Counted from the whole stretch's first letter, positions 22,282 to 35,844 are shown. The stretch is 63,973 nucleotides of DNA, filler included, from Olpidium bornovanus S191 (GCA_017911155.1; 23 parts of 23 records of this genome joined end to end with filler, not necessarily neighbours in it), one strand, 5' to 3'. The notes: generated from the sequence alone by a model not told the origin. Numbers and translations are program-made.

Positions 22282-23199
22282 ATGAGGCTCGCCGCCTCTC
22301 TCCTGGCGCTTGTCGCCGCCGCCCCTGCGCTCGTCTCCGCCGCCCCTTCGCGCGACGGCGTGTCTCAGTCCGCGGCGCCCAGTCCCGGCGACGACGCGGA
22401 CACCCTGGGATTCTGGCCCGACGCCATCAAGAATCATATCGACCTGGCGGCAATGACCGTGAACTTCATCGCCAAGAACTTTGAGGACCCTCCCACTCCG
22501 CGCGAAAGGCGAAAAACACTGCCGGGAATACACTGGTTTCCCGTAAGATTTGAAAACGACAACTTCGAGACCGACTCGAATGGCCAGCGCGTTCATTTCC
22601 TCTGCAAAAGCACACGGTGTCGCGCGGAGAGATTGTGGGAATTCTACCGCGACATCTGGACCTTTCTGAATCCCCGAGCAGCAGCACAGGACTCGCCACT
22701 CGTGCCCGACATTTTCCGCAACTGCTTCAGCGCCATCTGGACCTTTCTGAATCCCCAAGCAGCAGCACAGGACTCGCCACCCGTGCCCGACATTCTCCGC
22801 TCAGCTGACAGCGACCGCCCGAATTTCCAAGCGGAGTTCACGAACGACGCTGTTCGCGAATTCCTGACTTCCGTGGCAAACGAACTGTCCCGAGCCGCCC
22901 GCGAGAACTTTGATGCGCAAAACTCGCCTTATGACGTCGCCGACTGGCTGTATCGCCTCCGTTTTCTGGACGCGGCGATATCCAACATACATTTGTACAA
23001 AAACGAGCCCTTCCTTAACCACGGCGACGACCTGAGGGATTTAAAGACATTGTTGGACATGCACGAGGAATTTCTTCGGACATCGGACCCTGAAAGCGAG
23101 GCTAATTTGTATGCTCGGCCCCCGGCCCATGATCTTTTCCGCTATCGACAAACGCATATTTGGGATATTGCCGATGCGGCAAAGCGCGGGTACTCTTGA
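22282..23199 (+). CDS. Intronless secreted orphan protein, 305 aa (candidate effector)
   Basis: ATG at 22282, in frame with ORF 21700-23199. The N-terminus MRLAASLLALVAAAPALVSA-APS looks like a classical signal peptide. Uninterrupted to the stop at 23199; no recognisable domain. Confidence 0.8.
   Translation: MRLAASLLALVAAAPALVSAAPSRDGVSQSAAPSPGDDADTLGFWPDAIKNHIDLAAMTVNFIAKNFEDPPTPRERRKTLPGIHWFPVRFENDNFETDSNGQRVHFLCKSTRCRAERLWEFYRDIWTFLNPRAAAQDSPLVPDIFRNCFSAIWTFLNPQAAAQDSPPVPDILRSADSDRPNFQAEFTNDAVREFLTSVANELSRAARENFDAQNSPYDVADWLYRLRFLDAAISNIHLYKNEPFLNHGDDLRDLKTLLDMHEEFLRTSDPESEANLYARPPAHDLFRYRQTHIWDIADAAKRGYS
22654..22800. repeat. 81-bp (27 aa) in-frame duplication within the secreted protein
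   Basis: IWTFLNPRAAAQDSPLVPDIFR (from 22654) and IWTFLNPQAAAQDSPPVPDILR (from 22735). Confidence 0.95.
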
Positions 23200-23852
23200 G
23201 GATCTCGGTGGTCTGGACCGTGAAAATATCTGTAGGCCTCAAATCTAGAGATTAAAATTGCAGCAGCAATGTACGTTGCACTGCCCAAGAACTAAACATA
23301 ATACGTAGCCTCGGCACCAGTTCAACGCCTCCGAATGAGTCTGAAAATTCTGCGTATTCCTGTAACGGATTCGACGGCGTTATCGAATACGGGGCACGGG
23401 GGGAGGTCTTAGTTCGGCGGAATTCAGCCGTCGGGTTTTTTGCGCTGCCGAAAGCAGCTGGTTTGAAGCGGGTATGGGCGGCCATTGACGGGCGGAGACC
23501 TCTTCGACGGCCATGTTTCTTCGCCGTCGAAACGCACCGGCGCCTTCCGCCAAACAAAAGCCTGCGCGACCGGGGTGCCCAATTCGCAGGGCCCTTTCTG
23601 GCGGAAAAGCCAGGGCGTCGCAAGGGGCGAGGGGGGAGGTGCAGGCACTTTCTGGCAGAAATCCCGAGGACCAGTCCGTCTCCGCGTGCGACTCGCCTAC
23701 ATCAACGGAACAGCTGTCGTTCCCAAAAAATCTCAAACGCGTTCGCCTCCGCGCCGTTGTCCGCTCCATTCCCTCGAAACGTGCCGGCGACATTCCATCC
23801 CACCGCCGGCGCCTTCTTCCCCCCCCCCACCGGCCGCAAACAAAGCACAGAA

Positions 23853-23891
<39 letters not shown>

Positions 23892-24036
23892 NNNNNNNNN
23901 NNNNNNNNNNNNNNNNNNNNNNNNNNNNNNNNNNNTTAATTAATTAANNNNNNNNNNNNNNNNNNNNNNNNNNNNNNNNNNNNNNNNNNNNAAACTTTGC
24001 ATTTGTTAAGCATAGTAACGGAGTTTTCTGACCTTC

Positions 24037-24620
24037 GTGATTGCCCAACTCCCTACAGGGTATAAGGTTTTGTTTGCCTCCCCAGCGGCTTCCCTGCAGA
24101 ATGGGCTTCATGGTCCTTGGTGGGCCACAGACGATGAAAAAAAATTAATACAACTTCGCTCCACCTCTCCGCCTACCGATTGGGAAGAAATTGGTCGGGT
24201 TTTAAGACGGCCGGCGGTCTCTTGTATGAAGGTAGAACAGCGCATCTTTTGAAAGTAAAATTAAGGTGTGAAATTGTCATGTAGAAAAGATAACGGCCCT
24301 CCTCTTACTCCAGTACTTCCTGGCACGAGTTGACGTAGGAAGCTCCACATTTTTTCAAGACACAACGACGCCAGCCTGGAGAAGGTTTTACCGGAAACGT
24401 TGGACGTCGGAAGAAAAAAGCAGGATGGAGACCTTTATGCTACATCCGAACTGGCCCGAAATATATCGCTCTTTTTCTGGGCGGTCATTGGACGCACAAC
24501 GTCGAATGGTGAGTTTCAGCATTTGTTTTGAGGCTTTTTTCTGTTGAACGCGTTCCACTCAGAGTGCAAAATCTGTTTTTGTATAGTTATCAAGACTGCG
24601 AAAAGCGCAAAGCGGATCTG
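24037..24620 (+). CDS. Myb/SANT-repeat protein fragment
   Basis: WATDDEKKLIQLR...DWEEIGRVLRRPAVSC and, after an intron, RWTSEEKSRMETF...NWPEIYRSFSGRS. Two Trp-spaced Myb-like repeats; GT donor at 24509. Confidence 0.55.
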
Positions 24621-25895
24621 GCGAGAAACGCCCGCAAACACGCGAACAGGTCTCTTTGCGTTGGCATTGATTTTGGCGCACCGCAATCTGCAACATCGTG
24701 CTTAATGACTGCGAATGCCGTTGAACGGCGTCTTTATTTCCACATTTAGCGCATTCCACAATTTAGCTTTTAAATCACTTCACCAAGACAAGCACCTCAT
24801 CGTGACTTGTTTTTTTTTTGGTCGCGGCATTTGTCTTACAATCATTTTTGAATCGATTTGTTCAGGAGGCGACCGGCACAACCGAGAGGGGAGGAAGGGA
24901 GGTTGCGCGGTTGCCAGCAGTCTACCTCCACCTTCCCTTTCGATAGTCCTCCTGCGCGACGGCAGTAGCGACACGGCGCGGGGAGAAGACGCCGGGGCAC
25001 AACGGGTGACATCCAATGAATTGACGATGACGCCGGGCGGGGAGACTCCTCTTTTAGTTTTCTTAGGTTGCACGGCGGCGGCAGAAGCAGAAAAAGAAAA
25101 ATAAACCTTTGCGGGCGACAGCCCGGCGACGTGGAGGATTTTTTGTCAGTGGGGTTGCAGGAGGCGGGCAAACGCCCGGGGCCCGAGACTCCTTTCGTCG
25201 CAGGGCGAGTAGTTTGCCGGCCGCGTGTCTGTCGCAAATCCTTTAGCCTTTCGGCAGCCGGGTCGGCGCGGAACGTTGACGGCCGTCGGCCAAATGTATA
25301 TGATTTCAGCGCGGGCGCCGCGTCGCGCGAAGAGGGCGCACGGATGATTCCCCAATTGGCAATCGGCTAAGGAAGTGGGGTGGGGTGAAGGGGTGGGAAT
25401 GCCGAATGCGGTTTGGAAGCATGCCGGTGACAGCGGCTTATTGCTAGAACAAACTCCGGAAACGGTGATGGGTGCGCAGGGCGCAGGTGAAATTAAACGG
25501 ATGCCGCGACGGCGAAAAGCTCGCGTTCACGGAGTCGGCCGGACGGTGATGTCATGGGGCCGCTGCGGCGCAGCCATGGGGCGCTCGGTAGTAACGTGTT
25601 CTTGCGCGTTGGTCGGGAAGTGGCCCGGCAGGTTTTGCAACTTTTATTGGACAGCGCAAAATGACCCAAGAAACCATGTAAATGCGTTTCTCGAAAAACG
25701 AAGAAGAGGCTGCAATTTCTCAAACTTCAACGGTTTGATTCCCAATGAGTTCGCAACGGATTTGAATGCCGTTTGGAATAATGATGCGCGTCACGNNNNN
25801 NNNNNNNNNNNNNNNNNNNNNNNNNNNNNNNNNNNNNNNTTAATTAATTAANNNNNNNNNNNNNNNNNNNNNNNNNNNNNNNNNNNNNNNNNNNN

Positions 25896-27949
25896 CATGG
25901 AATCGCTGACGAGGGTGCATTGTGGACAGGGCTGAATCCGATATTCGACGTTGAATCGGGGTTCGCCAAGTCGGGCTTTGTTTGCACGATTACTTTGCCC
26001 TCGAACGCTTCTGTGCGGACGGTGACTAGCGATGTGATGAGATCGAAGAAACTGGCAAAGCAGCACGCTGCGCTGCGCGCTTGCGTAGCCCTTCACCACG
26101 AAGGCGGCCTTGACGATTACCTCATGCCGTTCCGCGTCAAGGTCGCTGAAGATCTTCCGTTTACTGAGCAGGACCTCCAAGGACGCAAAAAGAAGCTGAG
26201 AAAATACCCTATACAAATCCCGAAACTATGGGGCATCACCGCGGCCGGACCGAAGGAACCAGTTCCACCGGATGACGCGCTCAACTCTCCTTCGCCCGTT
26301 CCGGCAACTGCTCCCGCTCCGCCGCTGATCATGTCAAGGCTGCATATGACTCTCCTCCACCTCGACCGCGACGCAGCACTGGCCGCTACCGGCCAGACGT
26401 ATCACCCCTTGGCGCTTCTGACCGCTCGGCCATTACCTGACACCTGCGATTTTTGGCTTTACTTCGAGATGTCTACGACACCTGTGAACATGCAAATTCG
26501 CGGACTCGGCCCACCGGTCTCGCTGGACCTCACGCAACTGAAACTTCTCATGAAGTACACCCTTAATATTTGCTCGGCACCCGTGAACAAGGAGTTCATC
26601 TGCGAGCCGCACGACTTCCCGTTCCTGGTCTGTCCATTGCTGACTGAGAAAGTCGGCCGCTCGGGATTTCCCGCGGGCAACGGGGCGGAAGTCGCGACCG
26701 TGGCGTCGGTGCACTTGATCGATTGGCCAAGCGTGCGTACTACGGTCGCCAGGAGGTTCTACAGCATCTCCCTGCCTGCGCTGAACGACCCGACCACCTC
26801 GGCCGGCGTGCTCGACATGGTGATCGTTGACCACGCTGACGAAGGGCGCCGGTACTTCGTCAAGGCGATCCGTCGCGACCTCATGCCGCACACATACATC
26901 GCGGAACCGTCCCCACGCGAAAAGCTCGCGGGGGTGAACACCATCGCCGACTATTACTTGAAAAAATTCCAGCGGAAACCCACCCAGGCGCTGCAGCCGC
27001 TGCTGGAAGTCACGAAGATCAGCAAGACGCTGAACTACCTGACGGTAAGCGCCAGCTGTTTTCCGTCAACGGAGTGACCGGAAGGCTTCCGCAGCTTTTC
27101 TGTGCAAGCGCCGGATTCGGCGTTTTTCTTTCGTTTTTTTTCCCTTCCGATTTCTCGCCTCGACGTTTGGCGTGACGTTTGTTATCATTTCCCGACTTGC
27201 GGTCAGCCGAAAAGCCGCACCAAGGGCAAGCAGAAGCATTCGGTGGCCAACGTCGTCATCCCGGAGTTCTGTCGGGCCTTCTGCATCCCGGCGCCGGTAT
27301 TTCGGTCCGCACTCCTGCTTCCGTCCATTCTCACCCGGCTGGACAGCCAGCTCTTGGCGTGGGAGGTGCGGTCCAAGTTCACGCTAGATGTGCGGTCCGA
27401 GTACATCCTTGACGCTTTCACCGCACCGTCGTAAGACCATCTGTCCAAAACGTCCGCCTCCCTGTCAGCGGCTCGTACCAAAGTCTGACCACCTTTGATT
27501 ATCGACGCGTTTTTTGGGTGCAGTGCGAATTTTCTTCGCGACTACGAACGCCTGGAGCATCTGGGCGATAGTGTGTGTTTGGACATTCGCGCTCACTTCT
27601 TAAAACTGGCATTGCGCACGCTAACTCCCCCCGCCTCTTTTAGTTTTTGAAGTTCGTGACTACAACTTACCTCTGTAAGTCTGATCCAGTCTGTCTGGAT
27701 TGCGTTCCCGAATATCTTTCCTGCCTTGCTCACACATCCTTATACAGACATTCGCTATCCGACCAAACACGAAGGTCAGCTGCACCATCAGAGGATCCGA
27801 ATTGTGGCAAACAGATCTCTCTTCAAAAGCAGTAAAAGGTAACCATACGCGGCAGATTCCGGTTCGGCAAAACCTAAAGGCGGACCGCTGATGATCTTCT
27901 TGCAATCGCCGGCGGACTGTCAAAGTATGATGCTGCCGTCGTACATGAC
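25896..27949 (+). CDS. DCL: Dicer-like protein, internal fragment (dimerisation/DUF283, PAZ-like region, start of RNase IIIa)
   Basis: FVCTITLPSNA...SKKLAKQHAALRACVALHHEGGLDDYLMP; TIADYY...QPLLEV; IPEFC...ALLLPSILTRLDSQLLA; YERLEHLGD (about 27543); EGQLH...IVANRSL. Confidence 0.9.
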
Positions 27950-28049
27950 NNNNNNNNNNNNNNNNNNNNNNNNNNNNNNNNNNNNNNNNNNNNTTAATTA
28001 ATTAANNNNNNNNNNNNNNNNNNNNNNNNNNNNNNNNNNNNNNNNNNNN

Positions 28050-31000
28050 CATGAGCAATAGAGCCTGGTTATGGGTTTGTGGGTTGTCCGTGACTTCCAG
28101 TCCGTGACACAAAAAAAGGAGCGGATGAACAGTCAGCGAATATCCCACTTCGCAGTGCCGACGCGAGAATCGCTCCTGCCGAAAAAAAAAACACTTACCG
28201 CGAATGCACTGGACGACCAGGTCAACCCTGATGTCTGACTCATCTATCGCAATGCTGCTGTCGCACTTGTTTAGACGGGCTACAAACCGCGTAAGCGACG
28301 AGAGAACCAGAAGGTCGATGTACTCCGTCGAGACCGGCGGCTCGACCAGTTCCGCGTTAAGCATTGCGCCGAGCACCTCAAACAGCGGGACGATGAGGGC
28401 AGAATCGTCAACACGGTCGGGCTTGCACTCCAGCATCTCCAGCACCGCCGCAAGGCGGAAGAGCTTGGCCGCGATCTTGCCGTCGCGGCGGTGGGAGCGG
28501 CGTTTCTTGTGTGGGAGGCCCTCGCAGCCCGTGGCAGCAGCACCGAGGACGTCCCGGGCATTGGCGAGTTCCGCGGCAATAAGGGAAGCCGGCGGCGGAG
28601 CGCGCTTCCAGGCGTCTTGGATCATCCGAGCCGTCTCCGCCGGGGCCTCAGTGACCAGAGATAACATAGCCGAGAACAGGGCCTGCATCCGAGCCGGGCC
28701 GAGCGTGCCGACGAACTCCGGCGTTAACGCCGCGATGGCCGCTCGATGGGCGGAGACGGGCTCTTCGGCCGCCAGGAGCTTCAAAAACGCCCCGAAATGC
28801 GCCTTACCGCTCTTGGTGTCCCTGAAGAGCGCATTCGCGACTTGCGGAGTAACAGACCGCGCAACGCTCTCCAGGATGCGTATGTTCGCTGCGGACACAG
28901 CACCTCGCGCAAGGATCTCTCCGGTTAGGGGCAGAAGCATCTCCACCTTGGTGATCGTCACGGCTTGGTCCGCCAGCGCCAGCAGCGCTGCCCGCGGCTC
29001 CTCCCGCTGTTCGGCGAGAACGTGGGAAATGAGGCAAGCATTGAGAGCCTCTCGCGACCGATCTTTTTTATCGCAACGCAGCAACTGCCCAACAATCCTC
29101 TTGACAGCCTCAGGGTCCTCAGCAAGCTCGTGGGACGCTTTGACAACGTCGGACAGGAACCCGGCGGCAGCTTCGGGTGCGAGGAACTGAAGCTCTGAGG
29201 TGGTGGGACCATAGAACGAGTCGTGACTGTATACAGTGAGAGTCTTCTTGCCATTCGCCGCGGAAAAGTGGTCGGCTATCGCGCGGAGGCAGCTCACCGC
29301 GTTGCACCGCACAGCACGGCTTTCTTGGGTAAGAAGAGTAAGCAGGTTGGGTACAAGCGCCTGATAATCGACGATTTTGTCTCCCGATTTGAGCTCTGTT
29401 ACGTAATCACCGATTAGTTTGAGTGACCGGTTCACGGCGCCTTCCGGAAGGGCGGAACCGTCCGCGGTACAGAAGTCGACCAGAAACTCTAGACGGTCCT
29501 TCTCCATGTGCTTTGCAAACAGAACCTTCAAGACGGGTTTGTACGCGTGGAAAGAGGTTGCAGGGGCGGATGCAATGCGTGTGGCGACGGCTTTTACGAC
29601 GGCCCTGTAGCCCCCGGTAGGCGTCCCGTGGTCGATCGGTGTCAACCACGCGATGGCATTCCCTGTGGGTCGCTTGACCAGTCGCAACAGATTAACTAGG
29701 ACGTAGAGTTCCTTCTTCGCGGCCCCGTCGCCATCGCCCCTGGCAATATCAGCTAAGAGAGACGCGTTCGGTAGCCCTTCGGAGACCATCGAGGCGACCT
29801 TACTCGAGCGGCTTTCCATAGGTTGGGCGTAGTCCCAAGATGCAAGCATGTTCGTTAAACGTTCGGCAATTTTTAAAAGCGCTTGGGGATCTAAGGTGAA
29901 GCGCCAGACAGTTACGCGGTGACGCAAATAACCACAAAACTCAAGCAAATGAAGTCCAATCATACCATTAACACTCAGGTGTAGGAGACGGTTCGTGACA
30001 AGAACGGCAAGAGTCGAGAACGACGGCACCGTGGTGTCATACTGGCCTTTCAGCGCGTCGTCAAAAAGCGCAAGAGCGTCGTCCACCAGGCCAGCATTAT
30101 AGATATTGTCTGAAAGCGTTTCACACAACTTCCTGTTGGCAGCAGCAGCATCCAGACAGGCGGAAGTCTCGGAGGCGACCCCACGCATCACCGCCGTCGT
30201 AAACCGCTCAGAGCCGCTCCTAGCGATGCGGGCGACTTTGGAGTTGTAACCGCAGTCGAGCAAGTGAGCAAGCAACATTTTCTGCGATGTCCGCAGAATG
30301 TCTTGCTGCTCGTCGACAGCCGGTGACAACGTTTCCAAAACTTCCTTGAAATCGCCTGTGAGAAATGTTATGGCTCGCACTTGGACCAGCTCAATCTGCT
30401 TGCGCGACCAGGACGTTTCGATCTTCGTCGGAAGCAGGTGGCGTCCGAGAATGCCCAGGAGAGTCTTCTTGTCCGCAATAACCGAGTCGAGTTTGCACGT
30501 TGTCAAGGCCTGCGCCACGACAGCAGAGTCATCGTCCACGAGACGCGCAAGGAGACTATCCGACACGAACGAGAAGTCAACCTGAGCCCCAGAGTCACCG
30601 TTCTTCAGAAGCGCGTCTATCTTTTTTAGCCCTAAGATCCTGGTGGCGGGGTCAGCGTGATGGACCGCGAGGTAGAGTGTTGTGGTGGAATCTTCCAGCA
30701 ACTCATGTGACGTGCCGCGGAAGGCCGCAGTCACGAACTCGAAAAGCCTCGAATGGAGACCATCGTCAGACTTGGAAGAATCCATGGTTTTCCGGAGTAC
30801 GCCGTCAACGATGTCGGGGTGTCGGTTCTGCAGAGTGAGCAAAGCCTTCTTCAAATTACTGGCCTTGCGCTCGGACAGCTCTCCGGCGTCAGTGATCTCC
30901 CGAATCAGTAGGTTGCAGGCGGAGAGCATAATCTCGTAGTTCAACTGAGAGGCTTCCGCGGACAACAGCCCGCAGAAAAGGCCCAGGGCCTTTTCATACT

Positions 31001-31460
31001 CAGCAAGGGAGCGAACTAGTCTCGTGACGAACATCGCAAGGAAGCGATCGACAGAGAAGTTACGCAGAATGTCAATCAGGAGTGATTCGACAACTGATTC
31101 GCCATTTTTTAGGAGGTTCGCGAGAGCCGTGCGGTTAAAGTCCGTGAGCAGCTCCTGACTCTGGTACAAATGGACAACGCACAGGATCGCCTCCGAGAGG
31201 TGGCGCGGCGAACAGTTTCTGATTATGTTGTCGACCAGTGCGGCAGCACTTTCCCCCGACAACGTAGCCCGAGCTGCAAGTTGGCTAACGACCATATATG
31301 TCGCCACCTGATACTCTGAGTTCTTTTTGTAGGCCAAACCATGGATGATGTGAGGTAGCAGGACGACCATAATCTTTTCCGTGACCTTAGGAACAGCCTG
31401 GATGTATTGGATGAGCAGCGCCGCCTGGAAGGTGACAAGGGACGTATGCAGAGACTGCTC
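28050..31460 (-). CDS. UTP10: U3 snoRNP protein UTP10/HEATR1, internal fragment
   Basis: HEAT-like ORF of more than 1100 aa with LLPHIIHGL...SEYQVATYMVVSQLA, HHADPATRILGL, LLARLVDDDSAVV, and IRVDLVVQCIR...NPQTHNQALLL. Confidence 0.9.
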
Positions 31461-31560
31461 NNNNNNNNNNNNNNNNNNNNNNNNNNNNNNNNNNNNNNNN
31501 NNNNTTAATTAATTAANNNNNNNNNNNNNNNNNNNNNNNNNNNNNNNNNNNNNNNNNNNN

Positions 31561-31646
31561 AACCTGACGGCCGAAGTCGCCGGAGCCAAGGCCGCTTCCA
31601 AGAACCTGATGAGCAAGATAATCAAGTGGGGGGAGAGGGGGACGGG

Positions 31647-31686
<40 letters not shown>

Positions 31687-32051
31687 CGGGAAACCCACAG
31701 CACTCTGCCTCCTCCACTCTCCTCCTCCTCCTCCTCCTCCACCACCTCCTCCTCGCAGTCGTCGTCGTCGTCGTCGTTGTTCGTCCCGGTCCACGCACCA
31801 GGAATATTATCCCGCAGCTTGAGACGAGCAGGCAGAAGTTCTGGCAGCCCTGTCCGCAGAATGGCTTCATCCTCGCTGCTGCTCGAGGTTTTCCAGCCGG
31901 GAGTGGGGCGAGTGGGAGGGCGGCGAGGGGGTCGGGCGAGCCGGGTTCTGCAGCCGGCGCTGCCGGAGCGTGGAGCGCTGTGTCCTCTGTCTCGGCAAAG
32001 GCTGTTCGTCCAAAGAGCGTGGCCTGGCCCCGCTGCCGGGCGGAAGAGTAG
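31561..32051 (+). CDS. C-terminal fragment of an unidentified protein
   Basis: TAEVAGAKAASKNLMSKIIK, an intron, then NIIPQLETSRQKFWQ...*. Splice signals are plausible; no family recognised. Confidence 0.35.
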
Positions 32052-32150
32052 GGTTGTGCAGGCCAGGTGAGGAGGAGAGGCGAGTGCAGCTGCGGCCGAC
32101 GGGAAAGGAGAGGGCGAGCGAAAGGGCAGAGAGAGAGAGAGCAGAGAGAG

Positions 32151-32211
<61 letters not shown>

Positions 32212-33038
32212 AGAGAGGAAGGAAGAGGAAGAATAAGCGGGCTGGCAAACGGCGGAGGCTGTTGCTTTCCGGCCGTCGCTGTCGGAGGACGTTCCCTCAC
32301 CGCCGCCGCCGAGAGAGAGCAGCGTTCGGACGGACCGGCCTCTCCCCTCTCGTAACAGAAATTTCCCCCCTTCCCCGTGTCCCCGCCCTGTGGCGCAACT
32401 TTGAGAACCGATGGGAACGCGGCGAGATTGGAAGTAGAATTGGAAGAGGAAATTGCCACAGGGCTCCGCAACGAAGCTGCATATACGCTATTTATGCACA
32501 GCGTGCTTTGGGCCCGGGGAAATAGCAAGCACACCAGGGGTGAACGGAAATGCGTAGTCTCTGCTGCGTGATGTAATTGACGCGGCCTGAGCGTCAGAGG
32601 CTCCTTTCGTTTTTCAACACTCCTTCTCACCACACCGTGACACCCCTTTTTAAGTCCTTTGGCCACCGAAATATTGCCAACTTAGTTCTATTTGGGGGGG
32701 GGGGGTTCATCCCTAGGCTGTTTCTTGAATGATGGGCAAGCTCCCCGGAGCTCTTCCTTAAAACTTCACGCATACCGAGTCTGTCGCGGAAGCCGGCGAA
32801 CTTTGTTTGGTCCAAGGGCCTTGTGCCCGGGTCTGTGATGTTCTCGGCAGATCCGACTCGTTGTATGGCGATGACGATGGTCTTGTCCGCAGCGCATCTC
32901 CGCAGGTGATGGAATTCGGATGGCTGCCTTGTTCCTAATGCGCGCCACTTTATTTTCCAAACGCCCTGTTCCCGGCCACCACCACCCCGCCCCCCTCTTC
33001 CACCCCTCTCACCCCGCAAAAACAAAAAAAAAAAAAAA

Positions 33039-33074
<36 letters not shown>

Positions 33075-33135
33075 CCGTCCACCGCCCGCACTATCACACC
33101 CTGCACTCCCACAGGGAAAGCGCTCGCCCGCCGCT

Positions 33136-34676
33136 ATGCCCGTGGTCCCCGTCCGCGCGGCGTTTGTCACCCTCGCGGCGACGGACGACTACTGCCCGGG
33201 CGCGCTGGTAGTCGCTTGCTCCCTTAGGCACCACAAAACGCGCCACTCCCTCGTCTGCCTGGCCGCCCCCGGCCTGTCCTCGGGCGCAAGGGCGGCCCTG
33301 CAGGCCGCGTTCGACGAGGTGGTCGACGTGCCCCGCAGCGACAGCGGCGACGCTCGCGGTCTCGCCGTCCTAGGGAGGCCCGATCTCGGGATCACCTTCA
33401 CGAAGATCGAGGCCTGGGCCCTCACTAATTACAGCATCGCCTGCTTCTTGGACGCCGACACGGTGGTAAGCATCCGCCCTTCCCCCACATTCACGCCGCG
33501 AGAACGCCGTCATCTTCCGACCCGGCAGCCGGATCAGATCAAAAACGCTCTGTACTTTTCGTGGCTCGCAGGCTCTCAAGAATGTCGACGAACTCTTAGA
33601 CGATACGATCTACCGACCTTTCGCCGCCGCGCCAGACTGCGGGTGGCCCGACTGCTTCAATTCGGGCGTTTTTGTGTTCCGCCCGTCCTGGGAGGAATAC
33701 GAGCGCCTGAAAAAATTGGCCGCCGAGGAGGGCTCTTTTGATGGTTTGTTCCTCTTGGCTGGTGACGATACGCGGCGGAAGATCTCCAGCGTGTGCCTCT
33801 CGCTGTTGACTGCTTCCTCATCCGCGCCCGGGTCTCAGGTGCGGACCAAGGGCTTATGAACACGTACTTTAGCTCCTGGTCCCGCAGCGGTGTGGAGCAC
33901 AGGCTTCCGTTCACGTACAACGTCACGCCGTCCGCCATCTACAGGTGAGAGTTATACGAAACGTTTGCCGGCAAAGTAAGTTAAACGCCGATAGCCGACC
34001 AAACCGAGGACGCTCGCAATTCGGCAGCTACGCTCCTGCGTTCTGCGCTTTCCGTCAAGGCATTGCCATTTTCCACTTCAGCGGATCGAAAAAGCCGTGG
34101 CATTGGACCCGCCTCCACGACGGAAGCATCGTGTCCAACGGCGACGAGTTCGTGACTGATGTCGTGAGGAGGTGGTGGAACATCCACGACGTCTACGTCT
34201 CCAAATGGGCAAGCTTCGCAAAGTCGTTCCGTCTTCGCAGTCTGAACTTCAGGCGGCCTTTCTAAGTGATTTTGTCTCTCCTCAGAACGGTCTGGGCCAG
34301 TTCTCGCAGCAGGTAGGTGCCCGAGGCGCGGCAGTTTATTTTTGGCCAATTTTCAGCTGTGTTTCCGAGACAAGACGTTTTGATTCCCTGCGCGAAACGA
34401 TCCTCATCGCACCGGTCGTGCGTCTCGTGACCGCCTGCACAGGTTGCGCTCTCCTTTTCCGGCGATCCGCAGGCGTATGGCGCTTCCGGGACGCCTCCGA
34501 CCCCCGACGTCCCGCCCCAGAGCGACATCGGAGAATACCGGGTGGATTGGGACGCCGAGGACACGCAGGTCAAGCCCGTTCCGGCCCAAATGGGATCGAC
34601 TTCGGGCACGCCAGCGGGACCGGCCACGACAGCGGGACCGGCCACGCCCGTTTTGCCTAAGATGCCCGCAAAAGGT
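33136..34676 (+). CDS. GYG1: Glycogenin (GT8), multi-exon; 3' end uncertain
   Basis: AFVTLAATDDYCPGALVVACSL, LGRPDLGITFTKI, FLDADT (DxD), AAPDCGWPDCFNSGVFVFRPS, GSFDG/GDQGLMN, RLPFTYN, HFSGSKKPW, YRVDWD. Confidence 0.92.
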
Positions 34677-35735
34677 AAGCTGCCGGCGGGCGTTTTTCAT
34701 CGACGCAGGAATCAGCGGGTACGAGTAGTCGGCTGCGTTCGGGATCATTTCTCCATCGTCTCCTGACGGGCCCGTCGCGATTTTGACCGACTTCGCCTGT
34801 CTTAAAGCAACGGGAATTCAAAAGTCGAACCGGGAGGTCCGCCTCACATCCTACGCGAGCATGGACCCTTCTGGCCCGGGCAGGGATGGACGGCCTTAGA
34901 AAAAAGCGCCTTGCGCGGCACGACGCACAGGTCGTCGTCTAAATCACAGGAATACGAGCAGCCCAGACAGCCTGAAAACAGCGCTTTTTGCGCAGCCGGA
35001 TACTCGCAAACCCCGTATTCCTTCCGGCATCTACTCGAAGGGATAATCTGTTTTGAAACATACCCACTCTACTTCGCCTCTCAGTACCTATTATATAAGT
35101 GATTCGTGGACGAGCCATTTGATCTGTGTATGGTCGGATCAGTTTCTTTGGAGGGGGGGTTGGTGGGTGAATGAGAGTGCCGGAGGAGGGGAGGGAGTGG
35201 GGTGGTGGGGGAAGTGCACCTGTTGAAAAATGAAAAGAGCCCCTGACACTCAGGCCGCGTCAAGTGCATTGTGCGGCAGGGACTACGCCCTCCTGTTTAC
35301 TCCTGGTGTGCTCGCCATTTCCCCTCGCCGAAAACAAGCTGTGCATAAATGGCGTAGATGCGGCTTCGTTACTGAGCCCTGTGGCAAAATCCCTTTTCCA
35401 ACTCCGCCGCGTTCCCTTTCGGGTTCTTCAAGTTGCGACAGAACCGCCCCTTGAAGAGGCGCGCAGAAAACGCTGCTTTACTCTTTTTTTTTCACCCGAA
35501 AACGCCCGCCTGCCCACGCAAATCTCACGCCACGGACGGACGGACGCCAAAAAGGAGAAATATCGCACGCGCAGGGCGCCTTTTCCTCTTCCCCTCCCTT
35601 CCCACCTCCCGCTGCGCCCGGAGTTTCGGAACGTTTTGACCGGCCAAGCGGCCGCGGCAAGAAACGGGGAAACGCGAAAACCGCACCTTTCGCCGGCGCG
35701 GCGAACGCGGAAGGCCCGGAACCAAGGGGCGGAAA

Positions 35736-35782
<47 letters not shown>

Positions 35783-35784
35783 GG

Positions 35785-35821
<37 letters not shown>

Positions 35822-35844
35822 AAAAAGAAAAAAGGTTGAACGAA

